Below, in pieces: positions 1 through 51,517 of a stretch of DNA of 64,000 bases (within the stretch, counting starts at the first letter, position 1; the number at the start of each line of letters is the position of its first letter). Source of the DNA: Tubulanus polymorphus (taxonomy: Eukaryota; Animalia; Nemertea); contig NC_134026.1 of assembly GCF_964204645.1 (NCBI RefSeq), positions 26,942,150-27,006,149 of the forward strand, written 5' to 3'. The notes beneath the pieces were generated by a model, which was given only the letters and a program-made list of their open reading frames with translations, did not search any database and was not told the DNA's origin. The position numbers and the translations under genes are program-made.

Positions 1-202
1 AATGAACAAATTCATTATTCGCGTTAAATATTTTGCACAAGATAGTCAATGATCTATAGAGAGTGCTGCCATCTACAACTAGAATAACATTAAACATCGC
101 AAAATACTCAATAGAGGAGCCAATGTGTCTAATGTGAATAGAATATTTTTCTAAAATTTATTTGGCTCATAACAGTTCATTCAATAGACAACTTTTTCTC
201 AC

Positions 203-39314
<39,112 letters not shown>

Positions 39315-42300
39315 AATTCTTTGGACGGATCAATCTAACCTAACATCTTATCAGAGTGACATGCATATTTTTCTGGTTAGGCATCAACTGAAAACAAACA
39401 TTTATATACTTCTTTGAGACAGTGAAAATTAAACATATTCACAATTTTAAGCAGTGATTCCATATCTCTTACGATATCTTTATCAATGTACCTTGAATCT
39501 GTTTGCTTTTATTTTTTTTATTTTAAAACCAAAAAAACAAAAGTCTAAATTTGGATAGATTTTTCACATTTCATAATCTGATTCTGAATATATATTTCCA
39601 TAGTTTTTGAGAGCATGTGGCTGATGTGGCTTCCTGTTAAACAGCTGTTGATTTATCCAACGAAATCCGAGTCAAATTAAAAAATCAATTATTCTATTTG
39701 AGCCTTCACACATTGTTCCAATTGAAAATCCATTCTACAGTTCATATTTCAAATGTAAGCATCAAATGAATTGACAAAACATATTGATTTCAAAAACAGG
39801 TAAGTTAGCATATTATATTATTAACATTACAAATTATTATGAGTGAGTAAAATGGATTATAGAACTGATCCCCGATAGGCTTAATATTTCCGTTCCATGA
39901 TGATTGAAGAAATAGCCGACACGTCTGCTAATAACCCAAAATAAAGGAAAAATTATGTTTCATTCGCACAAACTTTCTAAAATACTCGACAAATAAAACT
40001 ATGAGTTTAAAAATCTTATTTCAATGCTTCGCACTGATCATACAAGGCAACTTATTCAAACTCGTTCTATCACACAAATTGGTGGTGTGGTGATAGTAGC
40101 GCATATACTCCGGTATTGATTAGTCTTTAAAATGCTGAAGGTCCCATAAATCGTTTAAGTATGGGTCTGCAGAAATGGCAGAATTTAAATTTAGATTTAA
40201 AAGTTATATACCCAAGACTCGATAGTACCATAATTGTCAATGTATCAACACAAACTTTTGCAAACAGTTATGATGCAAGCGGAAAATCAATAATTCTCTA
40301 CATCCTTTTTTCAAATCCCATTTTAATGCAGAAACTGCGCATTTGCTACTGAATACAATTAAAAGCGTATGATACAAATGAATTCTTTATTGACTCTCTT
40401 GACTCTCCTTCATTTCCAAATTATTACGCACAGTTAACTAAAGTACACGCTTCCTTCCGGAATGGCGCAATTTCAGCCCAACAACACACATTTACTTGAT
40501 TTCTGCTGATTCAAGTGTTCTGAAATGTTCAATTTGTGCATCCTCCAATAAGGAAAATTTTAATTTTTGCCTCATATTAAAACATTGAAGGGGTATATAC
40601 GGTGTAGGAATACGAGCTTGTTGACCGAATTTTTTCCACCGCGAGTGTTTGAACGATGGACAAACTGTTTGCCATTTCATGTCTGATGAATGATGATGAT
40701 GAGCACTCTCACTCATGATACAGATTCATAATTTGCTATATCAAACAGATGACAGCTCATGGTAACACCCTCAGTGAAAATGACAACTGTTTATTGATGC
40801 TAAAGACTGCATCCTCATCAAGCAACAATACACGCCACGCAATTCAAAAACATCTGTTTTAACGGTATGTGATATCTATTTCAACAACACTTAACACCTT
40901 TTCCAGCCCATGTAGTAGACCCATGTCCTACCTTCAGACGCGCGAGTTCATTAAACATTTGGCCAAAATGTCTTCTCTAAAACTGATTTGTAAACTGAAA
41001 GACTTACCACACTATATAAAGTTCATATGAGATATCTAACTATACATGTACTATTGTAAAACTGCGTTATTCACATGGCTTTTCTGCTGCTAGGAAGTTC
41101 ACAGTATTGGCTTACAGTACTGATGTGTATAAAACTGCCTCTATCTCTCGCATGTAAGTAGGTCAAACTTTAAGAAAAGATGCAGAACATCCTACTACAT
41201 CAGCAATCTGTAGATACAGAGAGCAAACAACCAAGCTAATCCTAATCCAACCACAAGCAGAGTAAACATTGTCTTCCCTCAGTTCATCTCCAACAACTTT
41301 GACTGTTTTGTATTAAGTTACAATCTATTGTATTATAGAAAATTAGTTGATTTAAATCATATATAATGATAATATTCCTAATGTTTAGCAGTCATTTTTA
41401 ATCAATTATATGAGGATTCATTTTTTTGTGAAGAGCTCAGAAATACTTTTTTTATGCATATGAAAATCAGCTACCATAATTTCCAGTCCTTGAGTGAATT
41501 CTTAATGTGATCATTCCTTGATTCAAAAATAGCCATTTTAGATTAATGTAAATTAATGCTAGATAATAAATGAGAGATTCTCCTGGATAGTAATATTTCT
41601 AAACTATTTCATAGAGATATGAGTATAGGTACATTTAAATCTACTACTTGGATAAGGAATATTTCAATACCAGTACCATCTTTGCTCGGATTCCTATCTA
41701 TTTTGCAATGATTTTGCAAATCAGTTTTGAGTTTGAAGTCTAGTTTATGATACGAGTAGGCCTATCCTTTCACCAACCTTTTGTTGCCGTTATCATTTTA
41801 AGTTCAGTCACCCAATAATGAGGATTGCAGTGAAGTGGTGTGTGAAAATATGCAAATGGGAATAAAACTTAATGTAGGCCTATAGAAGATCTATATTTAG
41901 AATCTATCAGTCGACTGATTTGCCATCAAAAAATTGCTGAGATTAAAATAAAATTGGAAGATAGATAGCTATCAAGTAATTTGTAATGAGGATTTTTGGC
42001 CATTTTAATGAAAATGGCATCGCATTTGACAGAGTAATTAGTAACCTTGAGGGTTATGGAGTGTCTTTTATTGTGAAACGTGAAAATATCCAAAGGGAAT
42101 TTAACCATAGTTCGTCCAGTACAATCAAGAGAAGAGACTTGCAATGGAAGTCCAGATACGATATCAACAATGGAAGGCTGGTGATATTATCTCAGCAGCA
42201 TGTTACATGAATGTGAAACTAGCCTAATTAAGGTCTACTGACACTTTTCCCTATTATTTGAATGACATTTGCTGTGTGAAGATTCTGCCAATAATTTCCT

Positions 42301-42514
42301 ACAGAACCTAAACCTTGCCCTTTCAGTAGCCACTTAAACAAGATATATCTCACTACAGCGGCTACTGGGCCATGCTCAGATAATTAATGGGTAGCCGGCG
42401 GGTAAATAGGCACCAAAATGAAATCACTGATACTAACAAAAGCTTATAGCAATAGAAAGTCTTCCCTCCGATCGGACAACCTGAATAGTATTAATTAAAT
42501 GATTAATGACTTAC

Positions 42515-42600
42515 CAGCTATTTGTAAAGAAAACAAAATGGGCCAAACCCGGAAGTAAAATTTAATTTTTACTGGACGCCGCCATATTGGAATTTCAGTA
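42515..42600 (-). promoter_or_regulatory. Putative eya promoter and non-coding first exon
   Basis: Minus-strand donor G|GTAAGT at 42515/42514, ETS motif CCGGAAGT at 42549-42556 and YY1 motif CGCCGCCATATTG at 42577-42589. It can splice to the acceptor at 39387 upstream of the eya ATG. Confidence 0.55.
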
Positions 42601-43458
42601 TACTTGATTGAAACATCGTGAAAATGGTAAAATATACAAATTCACCTTTTACTTTGCAATTTCATATAGTTTATTACTATTCAGCATATTTTTATATACC
42701 TTCTCCGCGTGGACACAGGGCCGCTGATGAATTTGGATACATTTTAACTGCACTTTTTTCACCCAAAACAAACTACACGTGTTTTTACAGATGGCAGCAC
42801 CTAATGGTATTTGTTTCAGAGCGGTCTCATTCGCAATCGGCGGCGGATAAAAATTGCACGGCACGCAATATGAAAAGGCCATCCTCTTGGTTGATAAATG
42901 TAACCTTTGGTGAGCGAATCAACTGAAGAAAAATGATAGATGTCAAATGTCGCAAATGTGTATTCTTATATCATAACACTTAATTAGCACGAATGGTGAC
43001 TAACCGCCGACCGACAAGTGACAAAAACGTCTTCACCGATTTGATGGCCGAGTCATGGTTTTTTGGAAAAATAACAAGCCCATTATCACTCACTGACTGT
43101 GTAGCAAATCTAGGACCATGTACCTTATTTTCGAATTTTTGTAACATAATATGAAGTACTTTTTCCCGATGCATAAGAGATTCGATTTGATTTCAATTTA
43201 CATTTTTGATATATCGAATGTGCCCGTTTCAGACGGAAACGATTTAGACTAGAAAAGCAATATTTCAAAATTCAAACGCGACGGTGCAGACGCAATTTAA
43301 CCCAACATTACTGCAGATAAATTAACAATATGGCAGGTGGAACATAGCTTAGGAAATGCGGTGCTATTAATCATAAACCGCGCAGATTCAGGGCGCTAGT
43401 GCGTTATCAACCGACATATTGAGCCGACTATCCGTGATGTTACTGGGTTAAACTGATT

Positions 43459-45213
43459 ATGACGATGATTTTTGACGCTTTTTGGGTTTTAGGAGTTGTG
43501 ACACTAATTACTATTAAAAAATCTGGTAAGTAAGACATATGGTTGTTATCTAACTGTGTACAATATCTGAATCATCAACTCGATTAAAGAAACTTGATAT
43601 CCGTAAGGTATGAACATCACTTCATACAAATATATTTAAAACAAAATAATGATTACCGGTACATAACTATTGATTATTACAACCCGATAAAGTCCACTGG
43701 TGTGTGCTTCCCTGTCGGGTTGTGTCTTTCTGTTGAAGTAATGATGATAACAAGAAATGCTATTCTGGAATTAATTAAACGCAAGGCAATTGAAGAAGTG
43801 AGATTGTTTCTAAATTATACCGGTAATTGAAGAAAAATGTTGTGGTTGTTTTTAGTATCATTAATAACGCGCTAACGACTACAATATTAATCAAAATCCC
43901 ATCAGCCTTTGAAATCAAAATAATGAATGAATCGTTGAAGGACAAATTTCTATTTTTCTCCACAAACTATTATAACATCATCGACTATCCAGTCGAGATT
44001 TTGTTTTCATTAGAAATTATAAAATGAAACACAAACACTGTGCAGTCCCGCTGCCGCTTTGAACAAAATTAATCAGTGCAATCGAAATAATTGACGGAAC
44101 TTGTAACGAATTATGTAATCTTATTCCACACATAGTGACCTGTTAATACTTTCTTGCTTCTTTGTAAAGTATTTTAATGTTTTCTTATGTTTCTCCCGGC
44201 CCTTTCCGATCAGTTATCAAGGGCAAATTTTCTACCGAGGTATCGTAAATCGGCCGCTAAAAAGCCTTCACATTATCGTCGACCGGAATCATGGCTGGGA
44301 TGCGATTTGCCATTGACGAGTATTACGATAATTTGGCATGTCGATTCGTAATGAAACGATCGCGCGCAAGATGATTTATTCATTTCTATGTGGAATATAC
44401 CAATGATCTGGGAACTGATGTAGCTATCACAGCATCCCAATATAAAAGATAAGACACGAGATGTGTCGAGATAAGTTTCATTCCTTTATTTTGTATGTGC
44501 AAAATCCTCCCGAGAATTCCGATTGCGGCAGGACACAATGCCGTACGGGATCGGGCCGATTAAACGATACCGCCCACGCACACGGCCCGGCCGGAATATT
44601 TGTTTGTCGTCATCTTTATCCCCGAAAAGCTTAAATGAACATATTTCATAATTTTCAATCACTGCAAAGTTATGTTCTTTTTTAATGTAATATAATTTTT
44701 GAAACAGCAGTCGTTTCGGTGTGAATTTCAGACTGCCAATGTGATGGGATCTGGAATCAAGTTACTGAAGGCACAGAAATTGCGATATATACACAAAACA
44801 AAACACACTCATCAGCAGAAAATCACTGTATTTCACAACAATCACATCTTGCTGGTAGTTTCGGTAATTTAGGATTTCTCTCAGCTGTAATGAGGGCTAT
44901 CTCGTAAGTTTGATTTTTGTTGTTTTTAGTTCAGTTTCACATACAAAATGTCCACAAATCGATATTGATACTTTTTTATCGAACAGGTCTTGCAACATAA
45001 GTACTTCGCTTTGGCACGGTCTCTACGCTGAATTACCTGGGCCAGAATGGCACTGGACAAACAAATCGGCCGACATGTCTGAGTTCCAATCTCTCCTCTT
45101 ACCAACCCCGAAATTGGGTAACTGTGGATTCTTTAAAGATGGCATACAATTACTACCATTGAGTGTTACGCCCTGTAACTCTAGCTTAGGGTACATTTGT
45201 CAACGTAAAACAA
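43459..45213 (+). CDS. Signal peptide plus C-type lectin-like domain protein; 3' end unresolved
   Basis: Exons 43459-43525 (MTMIFDAFWVLGVVTLITIKKS, signal-like), 44732-44903 (CQCDGIW...KTHSSAENHCISQQSHLA) and 44987-45213 (LWHGL...WHWTN...GNCGFF...PCNSSLGYICQR) are phase-consistent. The CTLD pattern A-x3-C-x5-HLA / WxGL / WxW / C / PC-x5-YICQ is present. A possible further exon lies at 45277-45301. Confidence 0.75.
44190..44600. mobile_element. CpG-rich fold-back / MITE-like insertion in lectin intron 1
   Basis: Imperfect inverted arms, e.g. GAGGTATCGTAAATCGGCCG (~44237) vs CGGGCCGATTAAACGATACCGC (~44551), with CCGGCC near both ends. GC and CpG content is visibly above background. Confidence 0.5.
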
Positions 45214-45414
45214 GTACGTATTTCACCAATTCATTTTCATATATATTTCTTCATTAATCATTTTTTTTAAATCGAGGTCTGACTGGGGGAGAAATACATC
45301 GGTAAGTATATGTTTTGTTGTTTTCTGAGAAAATATATTGCTACGGGAGATGTACGTAAGTAGTCGTAGTAACGGTTTCCATGCCTACTTGCCGACATAG
45401 CGACGAATGTTGCG

Positions 45415-47198
45415 ATGGCAGATAATGGACGGCGACTCGCTGTTCTCATTGACGATGTTATCAGAAACGCGGGTAACATCATTTCAATTCCCGTATTCAA
45501 CGACAGCAAAGAAGAGGAAATCGAAAGCATTTATGAAGGACATGACTATAGTGAATTGCCCGACCTGCCTGCCGAGAAATTATTTTCATACCTCTCCGAT
45601 CATGATAGGGCGCAACTGGCAAGGACATGTAAGCACTTCTCCAAAATATTCCATTCCCCATCTCTTTGGAGGAGACGATATTATAACCTGAACCAACCAG
45701 GTGTAGAAAAGACCGCAAATAGTTTCGCCGCAGTCCACGGACGATACGTTAGACACCTCGCAATAGAATGTCGCCACCCAACTATCCTGACATGTAAACG
45801 TGTCCAAAAGGGGTTAACATCATTATTTTCTAAATTACACGGTAGGGCATCACTTCGGACCCTTCTCATGCCAGCGCTTGAATTAGAACAATACTGGAGG
45901 TTTGAGTTCAGTCGAGAAAAGCTCATTACTTCGATGTGTCGATTTTTGAGGGGACAAAAACGAATACGGAAAATTGACCTTTCGTCATCACGTATGTCAG
46001 TTTTTGCAGCATTTAGAATTTTAGACGCCTTGGCCCATGGGCCAGGGCGAATTCTATCAGATTTTAATATTCAAGACATGTTTCACGGTAGACTCGGTAT
46101 ATTCCGTTTCACGCGGTACCAAGATATACTTTCTCGCTTTACTAATATAACATATTTACACATCAATTACAACTGCATATCGGACGAGATATTTGACATT
46201 CTCATGAATAACGTAAGCGCATCTTTGAAAAACCTTGCCATAAAAGTTTACAAAAACGATCCTCATTCGCACATTATCTCGGGCACAACATGGAGAGCAT
46301 TCCGCAAGAGATTTCCTCGACTAAGGGTATCATTTGACATCGATGTTATTGGAAGACGAGAAGAGATTATTCCGTTGTTGCGGCCAGAAATACCATTATA
46401 TAAGCTAGAGTTATGGTCAGGTTATGAACATGAAGAGGAATGGAACGTACCGGATACATTGCGATACATCGGCGAAAACTTCGGAAATAAATTAGGTACG
46501 TTTCCACCGTTGAAAATCGATTTTGGTTTTAGAAGTTAGCTAAATAATCTCTCACTGAATATTTTGAATCTGAGAATTAAAATGATGTTTCAGAAACTCT
46601 CGTTCTGGAATATGACAATTCCATAGAACTATTTGACAGCCATCTGATCGAATTATTAAAGAAATGTCGCAAATTGGTGCAAGCTGATCTCACTATGACT
46701 ATGTGCATCCCGACAGTGGAAAGAATTTGCAATATGTTGGAAAACGGCGAGTTTCCCTGTACGTGTGAATTGTTATTGGGCGATACAAATGTAAATCGAT
46801 TGAGTTAAGAGTCCACACCAGGCCATCAAAACTTTTTTATGTGTATTTTATGAGTTATTGGTTTTTTAATAACCTAATAACAAGGTTTTACAATTAATTT
46901 TTCTCTCGAGTTATGCGGGTTTTATCGAGGTCGAACTCAACTAGGGACGAAGTTAATAAAAATCCAATGACGTGAAATGTCAGAAATGAGATTGTACGAT
47001 GGAATTGATACAGCGACGTTTGTACACGAACTGTTTCCATTTTCAGCCCTAAAGAAACTTTACATTACATGCTGCGGCGTGTCTCAACGAGAATGGCAAA
47101 TCCTCAGTGAAATTGATGACAGATACGAACACCTAGCACAGAGAGGCATAGACCTGGATCTCGATACTGATATATTTTTTGAAGAAGACGAGGATTGA
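45415..47198 (+). CDS. FBXO39: F-box/LRR protein, FBXO39-like (~465 aa)
   Basis: Exons 45415-46495, 46594-46758, 47047-47198 are in phase. F-box YSELPDLPAEKLFSYLSDHDRAQLARTCKHF...SLWR is followed by HGRYVRHL, LELEQYWR and IDLSSSRM, which recall vertebrate FBXO39. Confidence 0.8.
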
Positions 47199-47579
47199 AC
47201 TTGTATTGTAATAAGGCAGCTTTTCATTGCATAAAAGTATGAAATAAATTCAGGATTTTATAATTTCGTAAAATCGTTCTTTTAAAAAATCATCCTCATA
47301 GAGATGCGGGTATCAATTTGCAGACCCTAAATTAGATTCCATAACAAGGATTTTATCGATTGAATTCAAATAAAATATTAATTTTATTATATACACAATA
47401 TATGGATAAACCATGATACAATCAACCTGTAAACTCTAACATAGGCATTATCATATAAAAAGACAAAAATGCTAATTTATAAGAAGATTGATGATTTACA
47501 TGAATAAATGAAGTAGGGCCAACCCTTATATACTGTCAAAATCACTGATGTTGGTGGTATATCAGGGGTTGACTGTACA

Positions 47580-48449
47580 CTATGTTTCTGTATCAGAGGA
47601 TATTTTTTGTAAATCTGATACAAAATTTGCTTCTGCTTTATCTATCGATGTAGATTTGTTGTTAATCCCCAACATCTCTTCCAATTTGACTAATTCTTCA
47701 GGTACTTCGTTTTTCTGTATAGGAATTAAAAAATAAATCTTAAGAGATTAAATGAATTTACAAAATGTTACAAATTAAATAATGTACCATACTTACCTCC
47801 TCCTGTAACTGTAATTTCATTAGAGCAGTGCATGCTAGACTTATGTGACTTTTGAAAAATTCTGCAGCTTCCTGAAATGTTTCAAAGTACCTTACAAAGT
47901 AGTCAGTAACCTGACTGTGGTTTAGTTTCAAGATCGGATAATTATAAGCCCATCCAATTATCAAAAGCTTACCACCAACGATTAGGTAACTAACTACTTA
48001 CTAAGTAGCTTAGTCCTGCAACAAGCAACTTTTTGAACTAACTCAGATCCTTACTTTTTGAGCTTCTTTTATTGCTTCACTCTCCTTCACAATTGCTGCA
48101 TAATCAGCTTTGACATCAGCCAATTTCTTCAAAATAATTTCATTATTGTGGGTCCCATTCTGCATAGATGTAAAATATAACATTGACATCAATATTCAAT
48201 GCGTCATTACCAAGTACAATATTAAAGAAAGCCCACCTCAGATTGACTTTTACATTTCTCTTCAATTTTTGATATATTTTCTTGTAGTTGCTTCGACCCT
48301 CTGAACGCATCATCATCATCTACCTTTTTTTTATCCTCCTGAAAAATATTAAATTTCAATATCACGAATATAGCTCTTTAACAGCTGATTGTTAATAACA
48401 AAGTACATCAGAGAATGGAGAGCCCAAAATAGAACCTATAACTTACCAT
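47580..48449 (-). CDS. SKA2: Small coiled-coil protein, SKA2-like (139 aa)
   Basis: Exons 48447-48449 (ATG only), 48237-48338, 48055-48159, 47797-47871, 47580-47714, all phase 0 with GT-AG. NNEIILKKLADVKADYAAIVKESEAIKEAQKE aligns by eye with human SKA2 [32 protein letters not shown]. The gene structure is solid; the family name is tentative. Confidence 0.6.
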
Positions 48450-48981
48450 CGCACCCTTTATACACTTAGGACTATATTTTCAAGCGCTATACTTCTTTCT
48501 TTCTTAGTTCTAATCTAATCAACCTAGCGCAATAAAATTTCATTTATTTCCAGGTCCCCGTGACCATGACCTAAGAGCAACACAATCCACAAATATAATA
48601 CAAATGAAACTTTATTGATACAGTGAAGTGACTTAAATTCACCAAACCAAACTGCATTGGGTCAGTGTGTGTGGTGTAGGGTATGGTACCTAATCTCTCA
48701 GTCAATTATGTTGTATTTGCCTAATGGTCTTGTAGGCTACACTACTTACTACACAGTTTAAGCTATAAAAGTGCACTATCTATCAACAAACCGTGTCAGT
48801 GTGACAATGGTGTGAATGATTAAAAAGAGGACACTTATCAATGACAAGGTCGAGGAGAGATAATAAATGAGCTTTTTGTATCACGCGGATTCTTTAATCA
48901 TTCGATTCAAGCAGGTCTACATTCAGAAGGGAAATTGACCCCCCTATCACAGGGCCAGTATCACACATATTCACACATGAT

Positions 48982-50776
48982 ATGTCTTGTCGGCAGAGGA
49001 TGGGAATTCAATCATGCAGCACTCCGAAGGTAAAATCTATTTCATGACATAATGCTTCCAGCCGGTTTAGTAATTTTTCAAAATCTATTCAACACAAGTC
49101 TTTTTCAATTCCAGGGTACAACAAGGTGCAGCAGCTATAGAGTCATGAAGGATTTGAATTATCAAACCAGATTAAAAACGCCTGATTGCGATGCGTTAGA
49201 TAAATCTTCACTAGATCTATTTCTTCCGAGTTATGAAGAATCCGAGTTATCGGCCATGAAACTAAAAACCCCAGTCGTCGTATTTGTACACGGAGGCGGA
49301 TGGAGAAGAGGGGATAGGGTCCTCTGGAGACATTTTCTTTCGCGATATGACACAAATCTGTTTGTTTCACTTCTACAATGGATTTACAATACGTATAGTA
49401 ACGTCGGAGTGGAACTGGCAAAAAACGGCATTGCATGTGCAGTTATTTCATATCCACTATCTCGATTAACTAATCCAGGATTGATCATTTTAGAAATGTT
49501 TACATCATTTGTGGCATCCTTCATTGTATGGCTTATGACAGCTATTCCTTGGATTTTAATAACAGTGATGTGCTTCTACATAAAAGGGTGTTTATGCCAA
49601 ACAAACATCTTATCATGGTTGCAAGTGATTCTCATTTATAGCCAATTAGGTACATGGATGTGCATGTTCATATTCAGAAAACATTACAAGATACCGGCTT
49701 ACTTCTTACCATTACCAGTTATATGTGCAGTAATTATTCTATCTCTAGAAATGATAAGTCTAGCTTTAAGACTTAGCTATCTAGCAATAACTTTTATTTT
49801 CATAGTACAAGGGATGATTTTCATACTTCAATTTAAGGACGGAAAAAACTGTTCAGTGAACTACAAGACACAAATGAAGGAGATTTGCAAAGCAATAGTA
49901 TGGGTTAAAGACTTTGGCAATCAAGAAGATATTCCATACAATCCTCAGAAACTATTTGTAATGGGCCATTCAGCTGGAGGCCACTTGATAACATGTGCAT
50001 CATTGATTGAATTTCACTTCAAAGATATTCAGTTATCTCCCAGAGATATCAAGGTACTGTGTACTGTTTACGAGTAGAACCCACTTAATTCAGATCATTT
50101 GGGACTGATGAGATTTATCCGGTTTATGAGAAATCCGAATAAATAATTCTAATATTTTACGTATGTTTAATAGGTGGACTGTAAATAATACCTGGATTAA
50201 GCGAGTTTGAGTACTAAATATTTGCAATCATTGGAGACGCTAAATTTGATCAGTTTTAAGAAGAGTTTACTAATTGTTACACAATTTCCATAAAAGGTTT
50301 GTAAATCCTAATACTTCTATCCTTCATTCCAGGGAATAATATCAATTAGTGGTGTGATGGACATAAACTCGATGTCAGAAAGTCCAATTCTTAGATTGAT
50401 ATATACGACACAAGCATTTGGATGTAGAGCAGACGAATGGAAAATTGCATCACCAATATGCTTTATAAACAAACTTATCAAAGATAATGTCGAATTCCAT
50501 GAGAATGATCATGAACAACTTCCCCTGGCTAAAGGTGTACAGATTCCTACTAAAGTCAAGGACATTCCACCATTCCTCCTACTCGGTGCTGAGAACGATT
50601 TTAAATTTTTAAAAAGGCAACTTCAAAGTTGCTATCAGGCATTCGTTCAAGCAGGTATTGACGTTACATGCCATGAAATACCTCGATGCAATCATTTTTC
50701 TATCATTGCAGCTTTTGGCAAGAATATAAATCAAACTGAAGCTTTATGTATTAGATTTATAATGGATAGATGTTGA
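48982..50776 (+). CDS. Alpha/beta hydrolase (family IV/HSL-like; kynurenine formamidase/ICME-like) with internal hydrophobic insertion, ~476 aa
   Basis: Exons 48982-49029 (start uncertain), 49115-50053, 50333-50776. Motifs: LDLFLP, PVVVFVHGGGWRRGD (oxyanion hole), LFVMGHSAGGHL (nucleophile Ser), GIISISGV, PPFLLLGAEND (acid), CNHFSII (His). Confidence 0.88.
50071..50211. mobile_element. Degenerate MITE, same family as 55837-56001, in hydrolase intron
   Basis: Ends AGAACCCACTTAATTCAG / CTGGATTAAGCGAGTTTGA with flanking TA. Internal GACTGATGAGATTTATCCGGTTTATGAGAAATCCG resembles the reverse complement of about 55941-55977. Confidence 0.6.
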
Positions 50777-50937
50777 TTAAGCAAACTTATTTCCTAATAT
50801 CTACTGACCATATATGTACAAAGTTCATTGATATTTTATTTACGTGGTTTGTTCTGTATAATCTGTAATAGGCTTACCCGTATTAGTTGACTATGCTTAT
50901 ATTTGCCATGAGTTTTATTTGGAACAAATAGAATATA

Positions 50938-51107
50938 CATTCAACCTCGCATAAGTTGCCTCGCTGAAACTTGGACACTCGTCAAATACGCACAAATTTT
51001 AAAATCACCCTTTCATTTTTCACCGAATTCCATAAAAAATCTGCCTATAAGTCGTACATCATGTAAGTCGAATAAATTTGATTGGGTCCAACTTGTGAGG
51101 TTGATAG
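50938..51107. mobile_element. MITE with TA flanks between hydrolase and TIMM10
   Basis: Inverted ends TCAACCTCGCATAAGTTG / CAACTTGTGAGGTTGA with TA at both boundaries. Confidence 0.6.
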
Positions 51108-51517
51108 TACTACGTTTCTACAAATGATATAAGCATACTCGACTGTAGTTAATTACCTAATCGTTGATGGTAAGCTTTGATAATCGGATGGGCTTATGTA
51201 AATATCCAATTGTGGAATTAAACCACAGACAGGTTACTGACTAGCTCGACTGAAGTTTCACATCTCAAATGTAATTTCGACTACAAAGACTTTAAATTTC
51301 AAAGTACTGTACATGTAAAGATTTTTTTATTCATTCAATAAAAGATTAAATGTACAAAACAGAGAACCGTCTCAGTATGCTATCATCCATCCACAAAACC
51401 TGTACATCATGGAAAACAAATAACATGAAAGAAATGCCTTTGATTTGAGTTCATTTCTTCACACAAACTAATAAAATACTATTACTAACATTCACACAGT
51501 CCGACTAATACATGTAT

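Noticed and set aside
41986-42210. 74-aa plus-strand ORF in the eya 5' UTR intron
   Set aside because: No homology or splice context that I can support.
49052-49114. ORF-track start MLPAGLVIFQ for the hydrolase
   Set aside because: It lies between a donor at 49030 and a strong acceptor at 49114, so it is more likely intronic, though not excluded.
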